The notes: generated by a model not told the origin, from the letters alone. Numbered from the stretch's first letter, positions 18,670 through 28,926 are shown. The stretch is DNA of 64,000 bases from Terriglobales bacterium (GCA_038230575.1 JBBRNA010000022.1:563-64562); one strand, 5' to 3'. Numbers and translations: made by a program.

Positions 18670-20745
18670 ATGGGAAAAATTCACGTCCTCCCTGAAAGAG
18701 TCGCCAATCAGATCGCCGCCGGCGAAGTGGTGGAGCGACCTGCGTCGGTAGTGAAAGAGCTTCTGGAGAACTCGCTGGATGCAGGGGCGACGCGAATTCG
18801 AATTGCAGTCGAAGCTGGCGGGAAAAAACTGATACAAATCACCGACAACGGTTGCGGCATGGTCCGCGATGACGCCATGCTTGCCTTCGAGCGGCATGCC
18901 ACTTCGAAAATCAGAGATACTGACGACCTGCTGCGAATCGGAACCCTGGGATTCAGGGGCGAGGCGTTGCCTTCCATTGCGTCGGTCGCACGCTTTCAAC
19001 TCGAAACGCGAGCGCAGGAGGAGGAAGCGGGCACTCTCCTCGAAATCAACGGTGGAAAGATAATTCGGGTAGAAGAAGCCGGATTGCCCTTGGGCACGGC
19101 GATTACGATCCGTGATCTCTTCTTTAATGTGCCGGCCCGTAAGAAGTTTCTGCGCGCGGAATCGACCGAGCTTTCGCACATTGCGTCGCTGGTCACGCAC
19201 TATGCGCTTGCCCATCCCGAAAAACATTTTGAATTGCATTCTTCCTCAAATGCCTTGCTGGTCGCTCCTCCGGTCGCGAACCATAGGGAGCGGGTCTATC
19301 AGGTTTTTGGGCGCGAGACGCTGGAGCAATTGATTCCGCTAGCGGCAGTGCAACCGCTAGAGCGGGTGGGCTTACCGAAGCCCCCTCCGTGGAGACAGGC
19401 AGCCTCTTTCGAAGATGCCGGGGCTGAAGCGGCCAAAACGAACTCGGAATCCGACTCAACGCCGGAGGATTTTGGGGATGTGCGCCTGCACGGGTTTGTT
19501 TCGAAGCCGGAGATCCAGAAGCTGAATCGCAATTCAATTTTCATTTTTGTAAATGGACGGTTGATTCGCGACCGTCTCATTCAACACGCGATCACTGATG
19601 CGTATCGCAATATATTGCCTCCAACCGTTTACCCAGTGGTGTTGCTTTTTATCGAACTGCCGACCGCCGAAGTTGATGTTAACGTTCATCCCTCGAAGAC
19701 AGAGGTAAGGTTCCGGCAACAAACGGTCATTCACGATTTTGTTCGAGAATCGGTGCGCGCGGCGCTGATGAAAGCGCGGCCGGTGCCGCAATTTCTTACA
19801 GAAATTCGGGCGCAAGCCACGACTGGCGCCGGTTTGAGTAGCCCGGTGCCCCGCAATTTTGCGCTTGATGATGGCGCTGGAGATGGTGGTGCCGGCGAAA
19901 TATCCGCCCCGGGAGCCTCAGCCGGTTGGCGCGATCTCGGGCACGCGAACGCGCCAGGCGGATTTGCGTTGCAGCCGCAAATAATTCCGGCGGCCAACGC
20001 ACACTTTGCCTTTGAAGGAGCCATCGCCGTCGATGCGAATGCGGCCGTCTCCCTCGCGAGAGCCCCGCGCACCTTAACTTCGGAAGTTGACGGCCAACCA
20101 ATCCCGGATCACGGCTGCGCGCCGCCCATCGCCCACGAGACGCAGGCCGCCCCAACTTTGGAGTCGCTCAACACCTTGCGTCCGCTCGGCCAGATCCGAA
20201 ATTCCTTCATCCTCGCAGTCAATGAAGACGGCCTTTGGATTATCGACCAGCATGTTGCCCATGAGCGCGTGCTTTTCGAACGCATTCTTGAGCAACGCTC
20301 CAAACGGCAAGTGGAAAGCCAGCGTCTTCTGTTGCCTCTGATCATCGAACTCACTCCTGCGCAGCACGCGATTTTTAGCGAAATTGCGGAAGAGCTCTCG
20401 CACAACGGATTTGAGGCTGAGCCATTCGGAGCGCGTAGCGTTGCGGTGAAAGTTGCGCCAGCGGGAGTCGACGCGGCGCAGATCGAGCACATGATGAACG
20501 AGATTTTCGAGCAGTTAATGCGTGAAGATCAGGCGATCAATATGGATGCTATCCGCGCCCGAATTGCGGCGTCGATTGCGTGTCACGCCGCGATCAAAGT
20601 GAATATGCCGCTCGAACAGAACAAGATGGAATGGTTGCTGGCCGAACTGGCGAAAACCGAGCATCCGATGACGTGCCCCCATGGCCGACCGGTCGTGCTG
20701 CGATATTCCATGCAGGATATTCAGAAAGCTTTTAAGCGCATCTAG
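18670..20745 (+). CDS. mutL: DNA mismatch repair protein MutL (endonuclease type)
   Basis: GHKL ATPase motifs IAAGEVVERPASVVKELLENSLDAGAT, DNGCGM and GFRGEAL, plus DVNVHPSKTEVRF. The C-terminal DQHVAHERVLFE matches the DQHAxxExxxxE endonuclease motif. Confidence 0.95.
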   Translation: MGKIHVLPERVANQIAAGEVVERPASVVKELLENSLDAGATRIRIAVEAGGKKLIQITDNGCGMVRDDAMLAFERHATSKIRDTDDLLRIGTLGFRGEALPSIASVARFQLETRAQEEEAGTLLEINGGKIIRVEEAGLPLGTAITIRDLFFNVPARKKFLRAESTELSHIASLVTHYALAHPEKHFELHSSSNALLVAPPVANHRERVYQVFGRETLEQLIPLAAVQPLERVGLPKPPPWRQAASFEDAGAEAAKTNSESDSTPEDFGDVRLHGFVSKPEIQKLNRNSIFIFVNGRLIRDRLIQHAITDAYRNILPPTVYPVVLLFIELPTAEVDVNVHPSKTEVRFRQQTVIHDFVRESVRAALMKARPVPQFLTEIRAQATTGAGLSSPVPRNFALDDGAGDGGAGEISAPGASAGWRDLGHANAPGGFALQPQIIPAANAHFAFEGAIAVDANAAVSLARAPRTLTSEVDGQPIPDHGCAPPIAHETQAAPTLESLNTLRPLGQIRNSFILAVNEDGLWIIDQHVAHERVLFERILEQRSKRQVESQRLLLPLIIELTPAQHAIFSEIAEELSHNGFEAEPFGARSVAVKVAPAGVDAAQIEHMMNEIFEQLMREDQAINMDAIRARIAASIACHAAIKVNMPLEQNKMEWLLAELAKTEHPMTCPHGRPVVLRYSMQDIQKAFKRI

Positions 20746-20843
20746 AAGGTCGTCTGCTATCAGCTCTCAGCCATCGGTTAACGCCGGCTTGCCTGAACAT
20801 GCGTGCTGACGGCTGATCGCGCACCTGTGTTCTAATCGAAAAC

Positions 20844-21722
20844 ATGACCGACGCGGAACTTCAGCAGGCGCGCATGCAAAAGTGGCATCTTGACGGTCAG
20901 CCCGTGCGCACTCTTGATGACGCGCGCTCGTTCCTCGAGTCGGTAGGTTTTTGCCTGATGTATCCCATGCGTCCAGCTTTGCTTGCGCCTACTTTCATCG
21001 GAGCGTGGGTGGGAGCGGATGAAAATCTGCCGGTGAGACGGCACGCTTTTTCCGACGCTCGCACGAAAGACGCGACGGAATTGATGGTGCGCGTCCTGCG
21101 AGAGAAGGCCGCATTTGAGGCTCCGCTATTGGATGAAAACAACGCATTCCTGTTGGCGGCGTCGGTCTTTCCATTCTTTTATGCGTTGGTAGGCGAGCGC
21201 AATCCGAAGCAAGCACCGGCGTCCGGACCTCGCTCACCATACTCGCCCCTGGCATGCGACGCCTTCGAAATCATTCGCAAGAGCGGTCCGATTTCCAAAA
21301 CAAAACTTGCAGAGAAGTTAGGCGGATCTGTATCGACTGCAGGCCTCGACCGCGGACTGAACGAACTTCTGGTGAAACTGCGAATCACGCGCGTCGACTA
21401 CTCTGACGCCGAAGGTTCAGTCTGGGACGAATTGTCACGCTGGGCGCCAGAAGTAGTGCGTGAAGGAGTAGGTCTATCGCTACCGCAAGCTCTCTCCGCC
21501 CTGGTTTCTAAATACCTGGAATGTGTAATCGCGGCCGATGAAGTTGAAGTGGAAAACTTTCTTGCGCACTTTGTTCCCCGCACGCGCGTTCGGGAAGCGA
21601 TTCACGCGTTGCTCTCTGCCCGTGAACTTAGCTTTGTGCATGTGGGCAGCAAGTCGCTGTTGCAGATGACGCCGCCAAAAGTTGAGTTCGTCCTCAAACC
21701 GCGTGCAGAGCGAGTCAAGTAG
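20844..21722 (+). CDS. hypothetical protein with internal winged-helix-like segment
   Basis: 292-aa ORF directly after mutL. FEIIRKSGPISKTKLAEKLGGSVSTAGLDRGLNELLVKLRITRV looks like a wHTH. The resemblance to AlkZ/YcaQ-type proteins is only an impression. Confidence 0.55.
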   Translation: MTDAELQQARMQKWHLDGQPVRTLDDARSFLESVGFCLMYPMRPALLAPTFIGAWVGADENLPVRRHAFSDARTKDATELMVRVLREKAAFEAPLLDENNAFLLAASVFPFFYALVGERNPKQAPASGPRSPYSPLACDAFEIIRKSGPISKTKLAEKLGGSVSTAGLDRGLNELLVKLRITRVDYSDAEGSVWDELSRWAPEVVREGVGLSLPQALSALVSKYLECVIAADEVEVENFLAHFVPRTRVREAIHALLSARELSFVHVGSKSLLQMTPPKVEFVLKPRAERVK

Positions 21723-21804
21723 CCTGCGCGGACCCGTTTCTTCTGATCTGCCCATCAAAATTTGGTGAAGGCCGCCGGGCTCCGTGTACAATCACTTCGC
21801 CACA

Positions 21805-22488
21805 ATGACAGAGCAAGCCAAACGCAAACTCATTATTGCCATAGATGGCCCGGCCGGAGCGGGTAAGAGCACGATCGCCTCCCGCCTTGCCCGCAAACTT
21901 GGCTATGTCAATTTAGAAAGCGGCGCGATGTATCGGGCGCTGGCGCTAAAAGCCATAGAGTGGGACGCATCCTTTGACGATGAGCCCGCGCTTCTGAAAA
22001 TGGCTCAGGATTCGACAATTACGCTGGAGCGTTCGATCGGCGGGAATCGCGTGCTGCTAAACGGCAAAGATATTTCCGCACGAATTCGCGACCGCGATGT
22101 CACTGAAGGCGCATCGCGCGTTTCGGTGCACCCCAAAGTCCGCGAGTGGATGGTAGAGCGGCAACGGGAGATGGGAATCGGCGGCGGAGTTGTCATGGAA
22201 GGCCGCGACATCGGCACGAAGGTTTTCCCTGATGCCGACCTCAAGATTTTTCTCGATGCCGACCCGGTGATTCGCGAGCAGAGGCGGCTTGATCAGCAGA
22301 GGGTCAAAGGCGTGTCTGCAGAAGCGATGTCGGCTGAGCTCCGCGAGCGCGATCAACGCGACCGGACCCGCGCTGCTTCTCCTCTTGCCGCCGCGGAAGA
22401 CGCAGTCGTACTGGACTCGACGAAGCTGAGTGAAGATGAAGTTTTGCGACATATTGAAAAGCTTGTCGACGAAAAAGTGAAACAATAA
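21805..22488 (+). CDS. cmk: cytidylate kinase
   Basis: IAIDGPAGAGKSTIASRLA P-loop and GAMYRALA. The listed ORF starts at a GTG at 21784; the ATG at 21805 gives MTEQAKRKL. Confidence 0.9.
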   Translation: MTEQAKRKLIIAIDGPAGAGKSTIASRLARKLGYVNLESGAMYRALALKAIEWDASFDDEPALLKMAQDSTITLERSIGGNRVLLNGKDISARIRDRDVTEGASRVSVHPKVREWMVERQREMGIGGGVVMEGRDIGTKVFPDADLKIFLDADPVIREQRRLDQQRVKGVSAEAMSAELRERDQRDRTRAASPLAAAEDAVVLDSTKLSEDEVLRHIEKLVDEKVKQ

Positions 22489-22587
22489 TCGATTTTTCGC
22501 TTCGCAGTTTTATTCAGAGAGCTTGCGTTCGGCTGGTCTTACCGTCCCTTCGAATCGAATCGGTTCATTCAAGCATCCACATCCATC

Positions 22588-24192
22588 ATGAAATCGCCAT
22601 GTGATGAGGGCGTAATCCAGGGTGCATCCCCTTCCGCCGATTGTGTAGCCAAATCGAAGCCGTGGATTTTAGCTGCCGTCATCCTCGGTTCGAGCATGGC
22701 TTTCATTGACGGCACGGTCGTAAATGTCGCCTTGCCGGCGTTGCAGTCGAGCCTTCATGCAACCGTCGTGGGCGTGCAGTGGGTGATTGAGTCATACGGC
22801 CTTTTCTTGTCAGCTCTGATTCTGGTTGGGGGAGCGCTCGGTGACTCACTGGGGCGGCGCTTGGTGTTTCTTGCCGGAGCCGGTTTGTTTGCCGCGGCAT
22901 CGATTGGCTGCGGTTTGTCTTCCACGATCGCGCAACTGGTGATTTTTCGGTGTGTGCAGGGAATCGGTGCGGCGGCGCTCGTCCCGAGCAGTCTTGCAAT
23001 CATCAGTGCGTCATTCGACGAAAAATCGCGTGGTCAAGCGATTGGCACTTGGTCGGGGTTTACGGCGATCACCACCGCGCTCGGACCGGTGATCGGTGGA
23101 TGGCTTATTCAGCATGCTTCCTGGCATTGGGTGTTCTTCATCAATATTCCCCTGGCTGCCGCTGTCATTCTGATTTCACTCTTCCATATTCCCGAAACTC
23201 GCTCCGTTAGCGCACGACGCATTGACTGGCTTGGCGCCTTCATCATTACCCTGAGCCTTGCCGGTCTTGCCTATGGATTCATTCAATCGGCGGAGTTAGG
23301 TTGGGGAAGTCCGTTGGTGATTGGAAGTCTAGTTGTCGGCTTTGTCGGCATAGCGCTCTTTGTCGTGATTGAGCCGCGTGTTGGTGCGCCGATGGTCCCT
23401 TTCGAGTTATTTAAATCGCGGAGTTTTACGGGCGCAAATCTTTTAACGCTTTTGCTCTACGCAGCGCTATCCGCATTCTTTTTTATGTTTCCGCTGAATC
23501 TGATTCAGATTCAGAAGTACTCGACGACGGCCACTGGCGCGGCTTCTCTGCCCATGATCGTGCTCATGTTTTTACTTTCGCGCTGGTCGGGAGGCTTGGT
23601 CGCGCACTATGGTCCGAAAATCCCACTCATCATCGGACCTGTCATCGCCGCGCTTGGTTTCTTGCTGTTTGCGCTTCCTACGGTTGGAGGAAATTACTGG
23701 CTGACATTTTTTCCCGCGTTCGTAGTCTTGGGCCTTGGCATGGCGATTACCGTGGCTCCTCTGACGGTCGTCGTGATGGCATCGGTCGGCCGGGATCGAT
23801 CTGGAACTGCGAGTGGCATCAACAATGCCGTTTCGCGTGTAGCGGGCGTTCTCGCCATCGCCATCCTTGGCGGCGCCATGGTGCAGGCTTTCGGGCACGA
23901 GCTAGAAAAGTCGCTTGAAACATTAAAACTCTCTCCAACTGTCACGAGCGATCTTCAATCAAACCGCAACAAGCTCGCAGGAATAGAGGTGCCGAAGAAT
24001 CTGGATACCGGCGCGGCTGGGGCAGTTGAGGCTGGTATCGTCCACTCTTTTGTATTCGCATTTCGATTGATGATGGCAATTTGTGCGTGCCTGGCGATTG
24101 CTAGTGCGGCGGTGGCTTGGCGGATGATTGACTCGTCAACGGAAGACACCACGCAAGAAAGCACATTTGTTAAGCGCGCGCCGGCGTTATAA
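22588..24192 (+). CDS. MFS transporter, DHA2 (EmrB/QacA-like, 14-TMS) family
   Basis: 534 aa with about 14 TM segments. Motif A-like GALGDSLGRRLVFLAG and motif C-like region. Confidence 0.9.
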   Translation: MKSPCDEGVIQGASPSADCVAKSKPWILAAVILGSSMAFIDGTVVNVALPALQSSLHATVVGVQWVIESYGLFLSALILVGGALGDSLGRRLVFLAGAGLFAAASIGCGLSSTIAQLVIFRCVQGIGAAALVPSSLAIISASFDEKSRGQAIGTWSGFTAITTALGPVIGGWLIQHASWHWVFFINIPLAAAVILISLFHIPETRSVSARRIDWLGAFIITLSLAGLAYGFIQSAELGWGSPLVIGSLVVGFVGIALFVVIEPRVGAPMVPFELFKSRSFTGANLLTLLLYAALSAFFFMFPLNLIQIQKYSTTATGAASLPMIVLMFLLSRWSGGLVAHYGPKIPLIIGPVIAALGFLLFALPTVGGNYWLTFFPAFVVLGLGMAITVAPLTVVVMASVGRDRSGTASGINNAVSRVAGVLAIAILGGAMVQAFGHELEKSLETLKLSPTVTSDLQSNRNKLAGIEVPKNLDTGAAGAVEAGIVHSFVFAFRLMMAICACLAIASAAVAWRMIDSSTEDTTQESTFVKRAPAL

Positions 24193-24201
24193 ACTGCGCC
24201 T

Positions 24202-24723
24202 ATGAAGAAGAAAAAAGCAAAGAAAAAAAGCGCGACCAAAACTCTGCGATTGAAGCGCAGCAAGCCATCCCCGAAGAAGAAAGTCGTTAAGAAGAAGACA
24301 GCGCAGAAGAAGAAACTGGCCGCAAAAAAGGCAGCTCCCAGAAAGCGACTGAAAGCGAAGTCTGCCGTAAAGCCGAAGAGATCTGCCGTGAAGGTGAAGA
24401 GCGCTGTCAAAAAAACGCCAGCCAAAACTCAAGTCAAAGCGACTAAGCGCCGATCCTTCGAGCGCGAGCCCATCGAAACTGACAGCCTGGACCAACAGCA
24501 ACGTCGATCACGGGCGGCAGGGCAATCCGGTAGCTTGCAAGGCTTGTCTGGCGTGGAAGGCGCCGATTCGGAAAGCGTCGATGAACTTGTTGAAGAAGGC
24601 AACGCCTTCGAGGCCGATGTCGTATCTGGAGTCGAAGCCGCCGGCGATTCTCCTGAAGAAGAAGTCCACACCCACGAGGTTCCAGAAGATGACGTTCCCG
24701 AAGAATACCTAGACGAAGACTGA
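24202..24723 (+). CDS. histone-H1-like Lys/Ala/Pro-rich protein with acidic C-terminal tail
   Basis: The first ~85 aa are almost entirely K/A/P/S/V/T/R (MKKKKAKKKSATKTLRLKRSKPSPKKKVVKKK...). The C-terminus is acidic (SVDELVEEGNAFEADVVSGVE...EVPEDDVPEEYLDED). The opposite-strand ORFs here are low-complexity artefacts. Confidence 0.6.
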   Translation: MKKKKAKKKSATKTLRLKRSKPSPKKKVVKKKTAQKKKLAAKKAAPRKRLKAKSAVKPKRSAVKVKSAVKKTPAKTQVKATKRRSFEREPIETDSLDQQQRRSRAAGQSGSLQGLSGVEGADSESVDELVEEGNAFEADVVSGVEAAGDSPEEEVHTHEVPEDDVPEEYLDED

Positions 24724-24738
24724 GCGTTAGCCTGTGTA

Positions 24739-24760
24739 GAGCGGACGCTCCCGTCCGCTC
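24739..24760. terminator. GC stem-loop between convergent genes (possible bidirectional terminator, no U-tract)
   Basis: gagcggacg-ctcc-cgtccgctc, a 9-bp stem 16 nt after the stop at 24723. Confidence 0.35.
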
Positions 24761-24839
24761 GCCTTCTGATCGGTTACATGCATCGCACAAAAGCGTTTGT
24801 TCGCTCAAACTCGACGGCTGCGCTTGTCGCCCTTGTCCG

Positions 24840-26465
24840 CTAAAACTTCACAAGAATGTCGAAATCGAGCAGCGACTGATTTTTGCGCAAGTCAGGAGAC
24901 CACAATCCTCCACTGCCCGCGCAACCAGAGACCGTTGTCGAAGGGCTACCGTTCAAACACGCGTATTGTGTTGGAAATCCGTTATTCGAACCCGGAGGCG
25001 GAGTGATTCCTCCTGCGCCCGTAAAATAAGGAACGCTGGCATGGCGATAGTCGTACTCCCAGCGGAACGTTATCCACTGCCGCGGCATGTAGTCGAAGGT
25101 CAAAGAAGAATCCCAGGCCTTGAATGGATCTCCCGGATTGCCGGTGAAGTACGGCGAATTGATCGCCGCCGACGATGCAGATTCTCCGTTGATTGGCGGA
25201 ATAAGCACGAGATAGCGGCCCGGATTGTTAATCTTGCCGCCTCCGACGGTCAAACCAAACAGATCTTTCTTGAACCACATCCGGTTGTAGAGCATGAATC
25301 CGATAAAGCTCTGCTTCGGACCGCCCGCCGTATTTCCATAGCAACTCACCCCTCCACCAAATTCGCAGCCCAAATCACCGGTGAAAGAGAACGCCATTTT
25401 GTCGAGGCGATTCTGCGGTTTGTCGTAATACTTGATCTCGATGCTGTCGTCGGTATGAATGCGCCCGCGACGAGGAATGTACAAATCGTCATGGCCCAAT
25501 CCGTAGTTGTTCGAGATGATGTTCATCCAGGGCTTCGGCGTCCATCGAATCTGGCCTCCAAAACCCTTTCTGGAATTGGAAGATCCATAAGACTGCCAGC
25601 CATTGATGATCCAGGGCTCGATTTTCAGGTGCGCGGTTGGAAACAACTGAATCCGAAGTCCCTCAAAAAACCATGGTGTGTTCGACGAGACGTACGACGG
25701 CTGGTAGGCCCAGTTATCGAAGTTGTAGTAACTGAAGAGCCCGATATACGACATAAATATGCCGGCATCAATGTTAATGCCGTGCATTTTATCGATATGG
25801 TATCCACCGTAGGCTTCTGAGAGATAGCGGTGCGCGTTGGCTAAGTCCCACTGTCCCTTCGAGGGGCTGGGATCATTGCGCGCCGTAGCTGTGGAATACA
25901 AACCGTACTGCGTCATGAAGCGGGCGCGGACGTTGTCATAATGGAAGTCGCCGCCAATCCCCAGCTGCTCGAGCTGAATCTCGTTCGCGCGAAATAACTC
26001 GCTTGAGCCGCCCATCGAATTATCTTTTGGATGATTGAAGTCGTAGTTATAAGTGATGTCGGCCCGAATCTCGGGGGTAAAGAACTTCGAGTCAAAAGCC
26101 GTGTCCTTGTTGCGCGGATTGCCGTTCAGCCACGTCCAGTCATAGTCCGAGAATGGCGCGATCTTCTCGCTCTTCATTTCCTCGGTCGCGACCGTTTCGG
26201 CAGCCGCTGACATCTTGAGTGGCGTCATAGCCGCCGGCGCAGATGGAGTCGCTTCGCGGCTCTTTAATGCCGACTCGAGCACTTCGATGCGGGCCTTCAT
26301 CGCTGCCAGTTCTTTCGCGAGATCGGCAGAACTCACCGCATCCTCATTTTGAGCGAGTAAGGGGTGAGTGGGAATAAAGACTAGAGCCGCCAAAATAGCC
26401 AGCGTTAACAGTGAAGGAGTGAAATCGCGCTTGAAGATTTCTTTGATGCGAACCGTGTTTTTCAT
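24840..26465 (-). CDS. outer-membrane beta-barrel porin (OmpL/BBP2-like)
   Basis: Signal peptide, N-terminal coiled coil (LAKELAAMKARIEVLESALK), an aromatic- and Gly-rich body with alternating pattern, and a C-terminal ...LDFDILVKF ending in Phe. Confidence 0.7.
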   Translation of the reverse strand: MKNTVRIKEIFKRDFTPSLLTLAILAALVFIPTHPLLAQNEDAVSSADLAKELAAMKARIEVLESALKSREATPSAPAAMTPLKMSAAAETVATEEMKSEKIAPFSDYDWTWLNGNPRNKDTAFDSKFFTPEIRADITYNYDFNHPKDNSMGGSSELFRANEIQLEQLGIGGDFHYDNVRARFMTQYGLYSTATARNDPSPSKGQWDLANAHRYLSEAYGGYHIDKMHGINIDAGIFMSYIGLFSYYNFDNWAYQPSYVSSNTPWFFEGLRIQLFPTAHLKIEPWIINGWQSYGSSNSRKGFGGQIRWTPKPWMNIISNNYGLGHDDLYIPRRGRIHTDDSIEIKYYDKPQNRLDKMAFSFTGDLGCEFGGGVSCYGNTAGGPKQSFIGFMLYNRMWFKKDLFGLTVGGGKINNPGRYLVLIPPINGESASSAAINSPYFTGNPGDPFKAWDSSLTFDYMPRQWITFRWEYDYRHASVPYFTGAGGITPPPGSNNGFPTQYACLNGSPSTTVSGCAGSGGLWSPDLRKNQSLLDFDILVKF

Positions 26466-26549
26466 AGGAAGCCCAACTCCCTATGACACACGTCGGGCCG
26501 TAAAGATCGCTTAAGCGATTCGTAAAGAGCTCATAAGGAAGGCCGGCAA

Positions 26550-28364
26550 TTACTTCTTGAGAACGCCGATTCCCAGGTCGCGCAACTGAGAGTCTGCTAC
26601 CGGAGTCGGCGCTTCCATCATCAGATCTTTGGCGGCGGCTGTCTTCGGGAAGGGAATAACCTCGCGCAAGCTGTCTGCGCCCGCCAGGATCATCACGATG
26701 CGATCCAGACCAAGCGCAATACCGCCGTGGGGCGGTGTTCCATACTCCAGCGCTTCGAGAAAAAATCCAAAGCGAGCCCGTGCCTCCGCTTCATTCATCC
26801 CGAGTGCGTGAAAGATTCTGCTCTGCACATCCTGGCGATGAATACGAATTGAGCCTGATCCGAGTTCTGTTCCGTTGAGCACCACGTCATAAGCCAACGC
26901 GCGAACCATAGCCGGGTCGCTCTCCAGTTTGTCCATATCTTCATCATGTGGCGAAGTGAAGGGATGGTGCGCCGCCATCCAGCGCCTTTCAGACTCGTCA
27001 TATTCAAACATCGGGAAATTTGTGACCCAGAGAAAGCGGTAATCGCCTTTCTGAAAAAGCTTGTGGCGTTCCGAATATTTCTGTGCCAGGGCGACGCGCA
27101 GAATTCCAGCAGATGCATAAATCGCCAATTCAGCCGGCGTCACTTTGCGCTTGCTCGCAGGATGAATTTCGCCATCCGCCGTCTTTTTCGAGCCCACGAC
27201 TAGAACCAACAAATCTTCGGCCACAGCACCTGCTTTTGCGCGAACCTTAGCCCCCGCCTCCGGAAACTTTGTCTCAATGCGCTTGAAGTCCTCGAAAACC
27301 CGTGCGCCGCCTTTGGAAACAAATAGAGGCTTGATGTCGTCGCGCTCTTTGCGCGACAACTCGCCGACGGTCGGAATGCGCAGCGCAATCACCGGCAAGT
27401 CCTGGTTGATGGCAAGCGTCTCCAGATCTTCGGCGGTGAAGCAATCGGCGACATCCGTGAACGCGGGAACACGCAGATCCGGCTTGTCGATCCCATACTG
27501 CCGAATCGCATCGTCGTAGTCCATGCGCAGAAACGGAGTTTTGATTTCGTGCCCGGCCGCTTTGAACGCCGCGGTTAAAAAGCTCTCGACTGTTTCCCAA
27601 ACCCGCTCTGGCTGCGGATAGCTCATCTCCAAATCGATTTGCGTGAATTCGGGCTGGCGGTCGGCTCGCAAATCTTCATCGCGGAAGCATCGAACAATCT
27701 GGAAATATTTATCGAAGCCCGAGATCATCAGAATTTGCTTGAACAGTTGCGGCGATTGCGGCAGCGCATAAAACGAACCCGGTTGCACCCGACTCGGTAC
27801 GAGATAATCCCGCGCGCCTTCCGGCGTGGAGCGCGTCATGAACGGAGTTTCAATTTCGTAGAATCCCTGCCCCGCAAGATTTTCGCGAATCGCCAGCGCG
27901 ACTTTGTGCCGAAGCTCAATGTTGTGTTGCATCGCATCCCGGCGTAAATCGATGTAGCGGTACTTGAGGCGCATCTCTTCGTTTGCCAAAACGGCATCGG
28001 ACGGCAAAAACGGCAGCGGCTTTGAAACATTTAAAATGCGCAACTCTTCCACAACCAGTTCAACTTCGCCGGTCGGAATATTTTTATTGATCGTGTCGGA
28101 ATCGCGGCGCTTGATGGTGCCGATTGCCGCGATGACGAACTCGTTGCGCAAAGCCTCGGCTTTTTGGTGCACAGCCGCGTTCAATTCATGATTAAAAACC
28201 ACCTGTGTAACTCCGCTGCGGTCGCGCAGGTCCACAAAAATAATTTGTCCCAAGTCGCGGCGGCGGTTGACCCACCCCATGAGCACAACCTTCTTGCCAG
28301 CGTCGGCGAGCCTAAGCTCTCCACACATATGAGTTCGTCTGAGATCACCTAAAAGATCAAGCAC
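26550..28364 (-). CDS. aspS: aspartate--tRNA ligase
   Basis: Class II motifs CFRDEDLRADRQPEFTQID and PPHGGIALGLDR, with a bacterial-type insertion domain. 604 aa. Confidence 0.95.
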   Translation of the reverse strand: MLDLLGDLRRTHMCGELRLADAGKKVVLMGWVNRRRDLGQIIFVDLRDRSGVTQVVFNHELNAAVHQKAEALRNEFVIAAIGTIKRRDSDTINKNIPTGEVELVVEELRILNVSKPLPFLPSDAVLANEEMRLKYRYIDLRRDAMQHNIELRHKVALAIRENLAGQGFYEIETPFMTRSTPEGARDYLVPSRVQPGSFYALPQSPQLFKQILMISGFDKYFQIVRCFRDEDLRADRQPEFTQIDLEMSYPQPERVWETVESFLTAAFKAAGHEIKTPFLRMDYDDAIRQYGIDKPDLRVPAFTDVADCFTAEDLETLAINQDLPVIALRIPTVGELSRKERDDIKPLFVSKGGARVFEDFKRIETKFPEAGAKVRAKAGAVAEDLLVLVVGSKKTADGEIHPASKRKVTPAELAIYASAGILRVALAQKYSERHKLFQKGDYRFLWVTNFPMFEYDESERRWMAAHHPFTSPHDEDMDKLESDPAMVRALAYDVVLNGTELGSGSIRIHRQDVQSRIFHALGMNEAEARARFGFFLEALEYGTPPHGGIALGLDRIVMILAGADSLREVIPFPKTAAAKDLMMEAPTPVADSQLRDLGIGVLKK

Positions 28365-28589
28365 GTTTTAGCCCTGTCTAGCCTGGGTGGGAGAATCCTG
28401 AAATCCCGGCAGTTGGATCAGGAAATTATAAATGCAACGAAGCGGTCGAGTTGGCGCCGATGCCTCTATACGCCTGGAGGTTGGTTAGCCCCAGAGTACA
28501 GGCGCGAAAACATTTACGGTTTCAACACAAGCTGGGCGGTTATACTTAACCACGCCACTTTATTGAAACTTTTGGAGGAGATAACAAAT

Positions 28590-28904
28590 ATGAAGAAGCT
28601 AATGGCAATTTGTTTCGCACTGGCGATCATGACCTGCGGCATCGCTGTAGCCCAGGACAGCATGAAGTCCGACAACATGAAGTCCGACAGCAGCATGTCG
28701 AAGAAGACTTCGAAAGTAACCGGCAAGATCAGCGAAGACGGCAAGACCTTCGTTGGCGACAGCGACAGCAAGAGCTGGACGATCAGCAACCCGGACGCAG
28801 TGAAGGGTCATGAAGGCCATCACGTCACACTGACGGCCCATGTGGACGCCGATAAGAGCGAAGTCCATGTCATGTCACTGAAGATGGCAAAGATGGCGAA
28901 GTAG
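28590..28904 (+). CDS. small secreted protein (104 aa) with MKSD repeats and a His-rich C-terminal domain
   Basis: GGAGGAG lies 8 nt upstream of the ATG at 28590. Signal peptide MKKLMAICFALAIMTCGIAVAQ, then DSMKSDNMKSDSSMSKK, then ...KGHEGHHVTLTAHVDADKSEVHV. The listed ORF starts at 28413. Confidence 0.6.
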   Translation: MKKLMAICFALAIMTCGIAVAQDSMKSDNMKSDSSMSKKTSKVTGKISEDGKTFVGDSDSKSWTISNPDAVKGHEGHHVTLTAHVDADKSEVHVMSLKMAKMAK

Positions 28905-28926
28905 AAGTTGCACCAACCGTATTGAG

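Noticed and set aside
23955-24808. Minus-strand ORFs 23955..24425, 24187..24501 and 24443..24808 across the Lys-rich gene.
   Set aside because: They are Phe/Leu-rich translations of the complement of an AAG/AAA-rich tract. The plus-strand frame has a coherent basic-plus-acidic architecture.
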